This document shows, piece after piece, positions 52,355-64,000 of a DNA stretch of 64,000 nt. The stretch is from assembly GCA_964016885.1 (NCBI GenBank), contig OZ024754.1:23684001-23748000 (forward strand), given 5' to 3'. Source of the stretch: Eledone cirrhosa. Taxonomy: Eukaryota. Numbering within the stretch: the first letter of the stretch is position 1; each line of letters opens with the position of its first letter. The notes beneath the pieces are model-generated. The model made no database searches. It was not told the DNA's origin and saw only the letters and a program-made list of their open reading frames with translations. The translations under genes were made by a program, and so were the position numbers.

Positions 52355-55300
52355 TAAACCCCATCACTGTGAAATATGAAAAATACAAATATATAGACAC
52401 ACTTTGGAAGGCAGAATATATGTGTGTGTGTGTGTGTATATATATATTTTAATACATTACTCAAAGGAAAGAAATATACTGACATATATCAAAGATTACC
52501 ACAATAACAAGGGAGCAGAGGACAAGATATGCTGGACATTGCTACTGAGGGTAGGATGAGCTGGCTATTGTTGTAGTTACCTAAACATTGTAAAACACTA
52601 GTGGGATGACTGAGATTGACCTACATAGATCAGATGTCTCAGGATGTCCAACTGGAGATTAATGATCTCAGGAATGCCATGGAAGATCGTGATATCTAAA
52701 AAAGAAGAGTAGAATTGTTCTGGCCAATACTACACCTGACATAATAAATCTAAACTATAGTAAAGCAAGGAGCATGGGACTGCATACAAATATTTATCCC
52801 ATTAGTAAAATAAGTTGCATTAGTTTGAATAAATAATGAATGAATATTACATAATTTATCTACTAAATTTTGTGGCTGTTGATTAAATATATTTTGTTTA
52901 TTTAAAGATTCACTTCTTTAAAATTTCTGAAATGTCAACACTTCTGGTTAGCCATCGCTTAAATAAACATTCATATATTTCCGTCACTAATTTTCTCCTA
53001 ATGCAGTTTTTATATAATATCGTCTTTTTTTAATGTACCATGGATTACGTTACTGATTAAATAAGACAGTGTAACACAGTCTTTGTTCAATTTCTATGTA
53101 TTATATATTGTCAATTACGATTTTATTTGATGTATCATATCTAAATATATATATATCTGTGTATAATATCAATATGCACACTACACATGCTAGCAGAAAA
53201 TAATAATAATATTAATATATATTGATGAACATTTATTATGGTAAAATATGTTGCAAACCATTCTCAGAAGTTTTGTATTATAATTAACAAATACACCCTG
53301 TAGAAAGTACCCCTTCATATTATTTGTCATTAAGGGTTATTATAGAGACACAATCTCATTTCATTGTTGAGGGTGGTGGATTTTCAGAATCAGTAGTGTC
53401 ATACGATATGCTTTGTGTCATAAAGTTACCGTCCTTTATGTTCTGGGTTTAAATCATGCCATGATCAACTTTGACTTTCATCCATTCAAGGTTGATAAAA
53501 AAACAGTAATGCACTGTGCCTGATTTACTTAGCATTCCCCTTTCTCTTCAAATTGCTGGCCTTGAGTCAAAAGTAGAAACATTTATTTAAAGCCTTTAAA
53601 ACAGTTGATAGAATGCTTTCTGCCATATTTGTCTTGGTTCTCTGCTCTCTGAGTTTAAATCCTGTTGAGGTCAACTTTCTTTCATCCATTCAATGTTGAT
53701 ACCAGTCTATCACTGGGGTCTGTTCTTCCTCCCTATAATTCTATCTCACTTCCTCCTTCTTATTCTCTCTCCTTCTCTGGAAGAAATCAACTGTTCAAAC
53801 CTGATGAGTGAAGGGCTCCACCAAGCTTCAAATGTCCAGTGACACCCTTACGACTACATTAAAAAAAGAAAAAAACATTGATGTGTTTATATGTATTTAT
53901 TTTGTAAACCTTAACTGGTTTATATTTATATTTATGACAAAATATCCACATGTGTAAATAAAAACAATTGCATGAATTAATATTTGTTGGATGGTACTTT
54001 CATGACAATTGAAATTGACTTTTTAAAAAAATAATTCACATTTGAAAATACTTTACAACTTTCTTCTCTTTTTCTTCAGCCATTTACTTCTGAGAGGGAT
54101 GTAGGAGGTAGAGTCCTCACACACCCCTTCTAGGGCCTATGTGTGTAAAATTTCCTCTTTACACTGCACACACACAAAAACACATCACCCTGAACACGCA
54201 CTCACACACCACATCAAAACACCACAAACCACACCACACCACAAGACAACACACCACACCACAACATAACACATACAAACCAGGTAGTTATACTAACCTA
54301 GTATCTTTATTTTAGTGATTTTTTTTGTAATAAATCTCAACATCTCGGTTTTTACTTACCAAGTGGAGTGGAACTCATCAGATTGGACCAAGGAAACAAT
54401 GTTTCCATTGGTCTTTCCAATTGATGATATTGAATCGGATTAGAAAGAAAGAAAAAAAATAGAGAATATATTTATTTGCCAAACAATACCAAAAGCCATT
54501 GATCTGCATCTTTGGTCTAGAAGGCCATTGGAGCGTCACTCACAGAGGCTAATGCAGCAGCCAGCTTGACAGCCGATATAGGTAGCACCAACAATTATCA
54601 CTACCATTAACAAAAGGAAGGCAGCGACAGAAACAGTGACAATAACGACCCCGCATATTCGGCTAAAGAAGGCGTTCGAGCCCCAGCAACCAGCCTGGCA
54701 GCCCGAATAGGTAGCAATTTTAACTACCACCACCATCAACAAGAGGAAGGCAGTGATAGCAGCGGTGTCATTAACAACAACAACATATGTGTATATACCA
54801 ACAACCTACTAGCAAAGACTACCACTACCATTAACAGGACGAAGCCAACTCCATCATCAGTGACAATAACAACAACACATCTTTTCAGGATTGAAAGACT
54901 CATCTTTAGCCACATGGTTCTATGAGAAAGTGCTACCATGCTCGCATGTGTGCCTGCTGAACTCTGGGAACAACCCCCTGTTTTCTTTTTTTGTATATTC
55001 ATCCATTCATTCATTTATTTATTTGCTAACATTCTACCTTCTTGTGTGTCCCCCTCCATGCACCCCTTCTTTTCTCTCTTGTCTTCTAAAGTAGATGAGC
55101 TATGAGGCCCTCTTATCAGCACTTTCCCTTCCACCCACACATTTGTGCCTGGCCACTCACCCCTGATGCTGCTTCATGCCCCACGCCCCATCCACCAGTC
55201 AACACCTGCAGCACCTCGTATAGTGGAGATGCAGAAACTGTCTCTTTGCCTCATCTGCCCAGCCACGGCCGTCTAGCACACCACCAGATGAGACAGCAAG

Positions 55301-55649
55301 CTTGCCTGATGCCCAAGTGTCACTGGTCATCATCGCTCTGCTCAGGCGGTTCTGGTAGATCCCACTCAGGATCCCAAGAGCAGCCCGGTGTGCCGGTAGC
55401 CGATGCCCTTGGTTCCTCAATTGAGAGTGCCCTGGAATCCAATTGAACCAGCGACTGGGTGCAACACTTCTAATTCGCCCCACTCGCCGCCCTGGGCCTC
55501 CCCATCTCTGGCGCTGTCCAAGGCGGCCGGTCGACAGCAGCCTTTGTCAAGGCCAATGTTTCTTGCAAGTGCCCATTGCAAGCATGCCTAAGTACACCAC
55601 ACACCCCACTCTCTAGTGCCCCCAATCCTCCATCCCTGATACCAGCACC

Positions 55650-56200
55650 AAGCATTTGCGTGACCGTGTAAACGCCAAATTAATCATGGGTGATGTCTCG
55701 GCTGCAGTCAGAATTGTTGCCTCAGAGGACACTGTCCTCCAATCTACTGAGGATATCCTGGCTGCCCTGCGACTCAAGCACCCTGAACCACTCGCTGATC
55801 TCAGACCCATAGCCCCAACCGATCCCCACTTGCTCCTTGTGGCTTCCAATGCAGACATCATGTCTGCCATCAAGTCCTTCCCAGCTAGCAATAGCGGAGG
55901 GGCTGATGGTATCAGGCCTGGCCACCTCAAGGAGTTGCTATCCCCCCTCTCTGCTGTGGCTGGGCACTGTCTTCTGAGTGTAATTGTGGCACTCACAAAT
56001 AGGCTAATCCATAGCGCCCTAGACCCTCATGCCCAAGGTCTCTTTTTCACTAGCCTGACCGCTCTCAGGAAGAATGAGGGTGGCATACGCCCCATCTCTG
56101 TGGGCAATATCTTCCAGGGGCTGGCTGCCAAGCTGGTCTGCAGGTCCATAACACATGAACTGTGTGAGGAGTTTAGTCCGGTGCAACTGGGGTGCTGCAC
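55650..56200 (+). mobile_element. CRE-clade RT remnant (duplicated copy)
   Basis: Paralog of 43180-43730. A third, partly deleted copy lies at ~61580-62010. Confidence 0.7.
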
Positions 56201-56521
56201 ATGCAACCAGTCAGTTCTTCAATAGCTGCCAACCGGAAGTGGCATGCAGGGACTCCAGGCCCCTAATTGTGGTTGGCATTAGGAAGGGCATCCAGCCAGA
56301 AACACCCGTATATGAGCTGTCATGGTCACCTGACACAACTTGCCTCAAAATAGGATCTGTGTAACCCATGGAAGATAGATGTTAATCGATGATGGTGATG
56401 ATAATGATATATAGTTCGTATAGTGCATATATATATATATATATGATAAATGCTGGTGTCAAGCTGTTTCAGCCATTCCTCTGGACATTATATATAGTGT
56501 ATGTATGTAGTATATATATAT

Positions 56522-56864
56522 GGAGGCACATGACTTAGTGGTTAGAGCACTGGCCATGCAATCGAAAGGTGGGCGAGTTCAATTCTCAGACTGGGTGATG
56601 TGTTGTTTCCTTGAGCAAGACACTTTATTTCACATTGCTCCAGTTTACTCAGCTGTAGAAATGAGATGATAGGGATGAGGTTCCAGTCCCTATCATTCCA
56701 CTGCAAAGTGGTCGTGGAGGTGCCACGGCAAAAAAGCACCCAGCACTCACTGTAAATGAGGTTGGTGTTAGGAAGGGCATCCAGCTGTAGAAATCAAGCC
56801 AGAATCAGTTCCCGTCCCACCCTTGCAAGCAGGGAAAAGCGGACGTAAAATAATGATGATGATA
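56522..56864 (+). mobile_element. tRNA-derived SINE with RTE-type 3' tail
   Basis: A-box TGACTTAGTGG, B-box GAGTTCAATTC, body CCTTGAGCAAGACACTT and tail GCGGACGTAAAAT..(GAT)n. Confidence 0.78.
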
Positions 56865-57900
56865 CATATATATATAGTGTATATAATAGTTGTAATGTCA
56901 CGCGTGCCGATCTATATCAGCCTTTCCCTTGGACAACATGACGTATAGTCTATATATATTGGACAATATTATATATAGTATATATGTGGTGTATATAGTA
57001 GTTATGACAATATTCTATATACATATATACTCACACACTGACAAACATGTATATACATATAGAAGGGTCGGATGAGGAGTTCATAAACTAACCAAGTTAC
57101 TCTCATGGAATGAGACAATGTATACACACAAATATATACTATATATATTTTACAGGGAAGTCATACATCATATTGTAATATGTTTTCAATTCTCAGCCAG
57201 GGAGATACATTGTGTCCTTAAGCAAGACACATCATTTGACATGTCTCGCATGTTTTTGTTTTTCATTATTTCATTTCCATTTTTTAAATGTTTTATTAAC
57301 TTTAATAATGTGTTTTGCTTTAATATGAACAGTTATGAAAAATTAATAATGTTATTTATACAAATCTGAACAAATTACTAGCATATTGATTGAACGTGTG
57401 AATTAACATAACGGAAGTAGTTTCTGAATATATTAAATTAGATAGGGGACTTTTAAGTCATGTCACCGGTGTCAACTTGACAGTGAAAGTTGCCATTTAA
57501 ATCAGCTCCATTGTTCTAATTTTATCTTTTATGGTGATTATTTCATATTAAGGTGAACGTTAATGTTTGTAAATAACATAAGGTGACTTATTTAACTTAT
57601 AGATGTTGTTTTAACACCTGTATTATTAAATATTGAAGTGGTTGTTCATCATTTTACTGGACAGGAAAATGTTTTTTTAATCAGAAATCAGTGAACATTT
57701 AGTTCTTCCTAATATTTTTTGACTTTATATTTGGTCTTGAAATCTAAAGTACGTATTATTTCATTTTCCATCACATCACAAACATAGTGAACTTTTTAAC
57801 TATCTGAGGTGAAATATCTTGATTTATTACAACTCGTACACACATATTTCTACATACACACGTCTATTTATTTCTCTCTCTCATACGTACGCACTGTATG

Positions 57901-57955
<55 letters not shown>

Positions 57956-58260
57956 ATATTAACCTTCATCTTTTGAAATTATGGATATTAATTCTCTTGT
58001 CACCTGCACTGTCGTCAATAACAAGTACCTTAAATTACGAAGACTTATTCGTTTGTTTTATGAGCTGAGGATGTTATTGTGAATAGAGCTTCTCTCACCC
58101 AAACAAAAATAAAAAATACACGCACACACACACATATATAAGCACTTGCTTTTTCTTCTTCCAAGATCAGTCTTACGCTTTCATATATCTTATTACTTTA
58201 CCAAATGAATGCTTCATTTCTTAATATATGAGTGAAAGTGGTGAGATTCCTTTATGAAAT

Positions 58261-59631
58261 ATGTCTGAATATAGCTGTGAGATTTGCAGGACAACTTTCT
58301 CTTCAAAACTGAAACTATCGTCACACGAGAAAATACACAGTAGAGAAAAAGCCTTCCACTGTGAAATATGTGGTAAATCTTTCACTAATAATTCTGCTCT
58401 TGTCATCCACATACGGAGTCACACTGGAGAAAAACCCTTCCATTGTAAAGTATGTGGGAAAACGTTTTCTAATAGTTCTCATCTTGTACGTCACGAAAGA
58501 ACACACACTGGAGAAAAACCCTTCCATTGTGAAATATGTGTGAAATCCTTTTCTCAGAGTTCTCATCTTGAACTTCACAAAAGAATACACACTGGAGAAA
58601 AACCCTTCCATTGTGAAATATGTGGGAAATCTTTTTCTCAGAGTTCTCAACTTGAACCTCACAAAAGAACACACACTGGTGACAAACCCCTCCATTGTGA
58701 AATATGTGGGAAATCTTTTTCTCAGAGTTCTCATCTTGAACATCACAAAAGAACACACACTGGTGAAAAACCCTTCCACTGTGAAATATGTGGGAAACCT
58801 TTCACCCAGAAGCACAATCTTGTAAAGCACAAAAGAAAGCACACAGGAGAAAAACCTTATGCATGTGAAATATGTGGGAAATCTTTTTCTCAGAGTTCTG
58901 ATCTTGAACCTCACAAAAGAACACACACTGGTGAAAAACCCTTCCATTGTGAAATATGTGGGAAATCATTTTCTCAGAGTTCTCATCTTGAACTTCACAA
59001 AAGAATACACACTGGAGAAAAACCCTTCCATTGTGAAATATGTGGGAAATCTTTTTCCCAGAGTTCTCAACTTGAACCTCATAAAAGAACACACACAGGT
59101 GAAAAACCCCTCCATTGTGAAATATGTGGGAAATCTTTTTCTCAGAGTTCTCATCTTGAACATCACAAAAGAACACACACTGGTGAAAAACCCTTCCACT
59201 GTGAAATATGTGGGAAATCTTTCACCCAGAAGCACAATGTTGTAAAGCACAAAAGAAAGCACACAGGAGATAAACCTTATTCATGTGAAATATGTGGGAA
59301 ATCTTTTTCTCAGAGTTCTCAACTTGAACCTCACAAAAGAACACACTCTGGTGAAAAACCCTTCCATTGTGTAATATGTGGAAAATATTTTTGTCGTAGT
59401 TCTCATCTTGAGCTTCACAAAAGAACACACTCTGGTGAAAAACCCTTCCACTGTGAAATATGTGGGAAATCTTTCACCCAGAAGCACAATCTTGTAAAGC
59501 ACAAAAGAAAGCACGCAGGAGAAAAACCTTATTCATGTGAAATATGTGGGAAATCTTTTTCTCAGAGTTCTCATCTTGAACATCACAAAAGAATACACAA
59601 CAGTGAAAAACCCTTCCATTGTGAAATATGA
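58261..59631 (+). CDS. C2H2 zinc-finger protein, 16 complete tandem fingers (456 aa)
   Basis: Intact CxxC..H...H units with TGEKP-type linkers. Candidate splice acceptor at ~58165. No effector domain is visible in this exon. Confidence 0.88.
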   Translation: MSEYSCEICRTTFSSKLKLSSHEKIHSREKAFHCEICGKSFTNNSALVIHIRSHTGEKPFHCKVCGKTFSNSSHLVRHERTHTGEKPFHCEICVKSFSQSSHLELHKRIHTGEKPFHCEICGKSFSQSSQLEPHKRTHTGDKPLHCEICGKSFSQSSHLEHHKRTHTGEKPFHCEICGKPFTQKHNLVKHKRKHTGEKPYACEICGKSFSQSSDLEPHKRTHTGEKPFHCEICGKSFSQSSHLELHKRIHTGEKPFHCEICGKSFSQSSQLEPHKRTHTGEKPLHCEICGKSFSQSSHLEHHKRTHTGEKPFHCEICGKSFTQKHNVVKHKRKHTGDKPYSCEICGKSFSQSSQLEPHKRTHSGEKPFHCVICGKYFCRSSHLELHKRTHSGEKPFHCEICGKSFTQKHNLVKHKRKHAGEKPYSCEICGKSFSQSSHLEHHKRIHNSEKPFHCEI

Positions 59632-59775
<144 letters not shown>

Positions 59776-62370
59776 TAAACCCCATCACTGTGAAATATGA
59801 AAAATACAAACATATAGACACACTTTGGAAGGCAGAATATAAAATGTGAAGCTTGAGAAATCTTATACATCTCAACATATATGTGTGTGTGTGTGTGTAT
59901 ATATATATATTTTATTATTTTTATTTTTTAATACATTACTCAAAAGGAAGAAATATACTGACATATATCAAAGATCACCACAATAACAAGGGACCGGAGG
60001 ACAAGATATGCTGGACATTGCTACTGAGGGTAGGGTGAGCTGGCTATTGTTGTAGTTACCTAAACATTGTAAGACGCTTAAATAAACATTCATATATTTC
60101 CTAATATTATATATATAATATCGTCTTTTTTTAATGTACCATGGATTACATTACTGATTAAATAAGACAGTGTAACACAGTCTTCGTTCAATTTCTATGT
60201 ATTATATATTGTCAAATACGATTTTATTTGATGTATCATATCTAAATATATATATATATGCGTTTAATAACAATATGCACACTACACATGCTAGCAGAAA
60301 ATAATAATAATATTAATATATATTGATGAACATTTATTATGGTGAAATATGTTGCAAATCATTCTCAGAGGTTTTGTATTATAATTAACAAATACACCCT
60401 GTAGAAAGTACTCCTTCATATTATTTGTCATTAAGGGCTATTACAGAGACACAATCGCATGTCATTGTTGAGGGTGGTGGATTTGCAGAATCTATAGTGT
60501 CATACGATATGCTTTGTGTCATAAAGTTACAGTCCTTTATGTTCTGGGTTTAAATCATGCCATGGTCAACTTTGACTTTCATCCATTCAAGGTTGATAAA
60601 AAACAGTAACAGTAATGCACTGTGCCTGATTTACTTAGCATTCCCCTTTCTCTTCAAATTGCTGGCGTTGAGTCAAAAGTAGAAACATTTATTTAAAGTC
60701 TTTAAAACAGTAGATAGAATGTTTCTGCCATTTTTGTCCTGGTTCTCTGCTCTCTGAGATTAAATCCTGTTGAGGTCAACTTTCTTTCATCCATTCAATG
60801 TTGATAAAAAACAATACCAGTCTATCACTGGGGTCTGTTCTTCCTCCCTATAATTCTATCTCACTTCCTCCTTCTTATTCTCTCTCCTTCTCTGGAAGAA
60901 ATCAACTGTTCAAACCTGGTGAGTGAAGGGCTCCACCAAGCTTCAAATGTCCAGTGACACCCTAACTGGTTTATATTTGTGTGACACCTTAACTGGTTTA
61001 TATTTATATTTATGACAAAATATCCACATGTGTAAATAAAAACAATTGCATAAATTAATATTTGTTGGATGGTACTTTCATGACAATTGAAATTGACTTT
61101 TTAAAAAAATAATTCACATTTGAAAATACTTTACAACTTTCTTCTCTTTTTCTTCAGCCATTTACTTCTGAGAGGGATGTAAGGAGGTAGAGTCCTCACA
61201 CACCCCGTCTATGGCCTATGTGTGTAAAATTTCCTCTTTACACTGCACACACACAACAACACATCACCCTGAACAGACACACACACACCACAAGATAACA
61301 CACCACACCACACCACAACATAACACATACAAACCAGGTAGTTATACTAACCTAGTATCTTTATTTTAGTGATTTTTTTTTGTAATAAATCTCAACATCT
61401 CAGTTTTTACTTACCAAGTGGAGTGGAACTCATCAGATTGGACCAAGGAAACAATGTTTCCATTGGTCTTTCCAATTGATGATATTGAATTGGATTAGAA
61501 AGAAAGAAAAAAAAAATAGAGAATATATTTATTTGCCGTTGTGTTACCAAACAATAACAAAAGCCATTGATCTGCATCAGAATGGTTGCCTCAGAGGACA
61601 CTGTCCTCCAATCTACCGAGGAAGTCCTGGCTGCCCTGCGACTCAAGCACCCTGATCCACTCGCTCATCTCAGACCCATAGCCTCAACCGATCCCCACTT
61701 GCTCCTTCTGGCTTCCAATGCAGACATCATGTCCGCCATCAAGTCCTTCCCAGCTAGCAATAGCGGAAGGGCTGATGGTATCAGGCCTGGCCACCTCAAG
61801 GAGTTGCTATCCCCCCTCTCCGCTGTGGCTGGGCGCTGTCTTCTGAGTATAATTGTGGCACTCACAAATAGACTAATCCATAGCGCCCTAGACCCTCATA
61901 TGCCCCATCTCTGTAGGCAATGTCTTCCAGGGGCTGGCTGCCAAGCTGGTCTGCAGGTCCATAACACATGAACTGTGTGAGGAGTTCAGTCCGGTGCAAC
62001 TGGGGAGCTGCACATGCAACCAGTCAGTTCTTCAACAGCTGCCAAACGGAAGTGGCATCCAGGGACTCCAGGCCCCTCATTGTCAATGTGGTTGGCATTA
62101 GGAAGGGCATCCAGCCATAGAAAACCAGCCAGAAACACCCCTATATGAGCTGTCACGGTCACCCGACACAACTTGCCTCAAAATAGGATCTGTGTAACCC
62201 ATGGAAGATAGATGTTAATCGATGATGGTGATGATGATGATGATGATATATATGTAGTGTATACATAGTATGTATAGTGCATATATATATATGATAAATG
62301 CTGGTGTCAAACTGTTTCAGCCATTCCTCTGGACATTATATATAGTGTATGTATGTAGTATATATATATA

Positions 62371-64000
62371 TGAAGCAACGTGGTTAGTCAGTTTGGTCAC
62401 TACTTCTGATCAGATCCGAGAATAGCCCTTAAAAGGACTGTTATCGCATACGGTCTGATCGGATCTGAGTGTAGCTCTTAAAAGGACTGTTGTCTCATAT
62501 GATAAGGATGAACAGACGAAAGCACAAGTTGAAAGGACGAGCAAGGCGAGATATGTAGTTTCGGTCAGCTATTTATTTTCATACATGAAGCGACGATACA
62601 GAGGTACAAGGCGTGTGTGAGTGACAAGCGTGGCAGAGGCGAGGAACAACGATACGCTGAGTCTGCCAAAGGTCGACTGGCGAAAGTGTTTGGAATCACT
62701 CTATTTATACAAAAATAATCGTTTGATGTTTAGCCACTGCGTAGGCGTTTTATATTGGTGGCTTTAAGGGTTGTTTGTTTCACGGTGAGGTAGCTAGCTA
62801 AGCAGATAGATGGAGCTGTTTATTTCACAGATGTTATTTCCGGTGGCTGTACATTAGTCCCCTGCCAGATCTTTTGTACAACAACAGAGCGAAATATCGT
62901 ATAGTAATGAGCCAGTGGTGCATTTGTCATGACAATAGCCCAAGATGTGTCCATCACGTTGTGAAGTTTGGTGATCATCGAGTATAGGACAGAGTCGATG
63001 TAGAGATGATATGGCAAGATGTGTGTGTCAGGAAGAGAAGAAAAAAATCTATAAAATGACTTTGACCAGATTTATGCAGGCGTGATGAATGAGCCTGTTG
63101 CTATTTGGATTGAGCTGCCTGTGAATTGCGTGACAAGAATTCTAACAGGGTAATGAAAATAACTGTAATGTGTGAACTGAATGGCCGTAAGCATGTTGCC
63201 TAAAAGTAACAGTCTGCTCCAAAGCATATGACTTGAGCAAATGCATGTGAGGCATTCTCAAGCTATTCAGTGAATGTGTACATGAAAAAAGAAGGCCAGT
63301 CTTTTGAGGATGCGATTTGTAAAATGCGTGATCAAAGAGAAAACATTTTGTAGTGTAAGAGTTAGATGGACAAAAATATCTATTGCTCAGTGTATGAACC
63401 AAAAGTGAAACAAATGTGATTGTGTAGTGTGCATGGAAAATAGAATATGTACATGCCTTGTATGTATATAAAACTGATGGCAATTACACAATTAATATTG
63501 CAGAACAAGAAAAATAAAAATGTTTGCAAAACAAGAGCGAGAAGAAAAAAAAATGTTATACACTACACAATGCCATACACAATGTTTGTTCTTAAATAAT
63601 GTTTGTAATAGATAATGTTCATAATAAATAATGTTCTTCGTGACATGAGCACATGGTCACTAAAAATTGCAATTGTTCAAGCAGAAAATTCATTGTATTT
63701 GAAACTGGAAATAATAAACACAAGGAAGAAGGATGATTAAGAAACTCACTTGGGGTTAACGGTAATTCACATATTGTGCCAATGGACACGTCATCCACTT
63801 CTCGTGACTGGAGATGAAACAGGTGGCTTGCTGGGACAGCAATCTGTTAGAGTTTCTGGTGTAGAGACTGTATCCATGATGGCTTTTTTTAATCTGTCCA
63901 CGCTGACAGCATTCTGTTTACCATCTAGATCGAAAATAAAATATTTCGGATATTTTATTAGAACACGATAAGCGCCAGAATATGGAGGTCGACGATGAGC
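62371..64000 (-). mobile_element. 3' part of a third Gypsy element: 3' LTR 62371-62853, PPT, 3' non-coding region and integrase C-terminus (~63767-64000)
   Basis: PPT TCTGGCAGGGGA. Minus-strand translation PPYSGAYRVL...SVDRLKKA...TRSG*RVHW, homologous to the end of the 3267-5501 Pol. Confidence 0.85.

Overview
AT-rich animal DNA saturated with (TA)n microsatellites. The SINE families and single-exon tandem C2H2 zinc-finger genes suggest an octopod cephalopod (inference). The host content is a tandem C2H2-ZNF cluster: one 16-finger ORF, one 7-finger degenerate ORF, one pseudogene and two ZNF-less flank copies, built from ~7 kb duplicated units. It is heavily invaded by Gypsy LTR elements (one young and gag-less, one decayed, one running off the window, plus a solo LTR and a TRIM-like derivative). 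Also present are a Buster-type hAT, RTE/CR1/CRE LINE fragments, tRNA-derived SINEs, MITEs and Penelope-like elements (PLEs). The main unannotated signal is RNA structure. By eye I find five distinct type-I hammerhead ribozyme (HHR) or HHR-like families, some with non-canonical cores. They include a head-to-head concatemeric array of a non-coding ~500-nt unit carrying one minimal hammerhead and an internal (TA)n tract, resembling a retrozyme/circular-RNA retroelement mobilised by the neighbouring (TA)n-associated PLE. All pairings and alignments were done manually and need computational and experimental confirmation.
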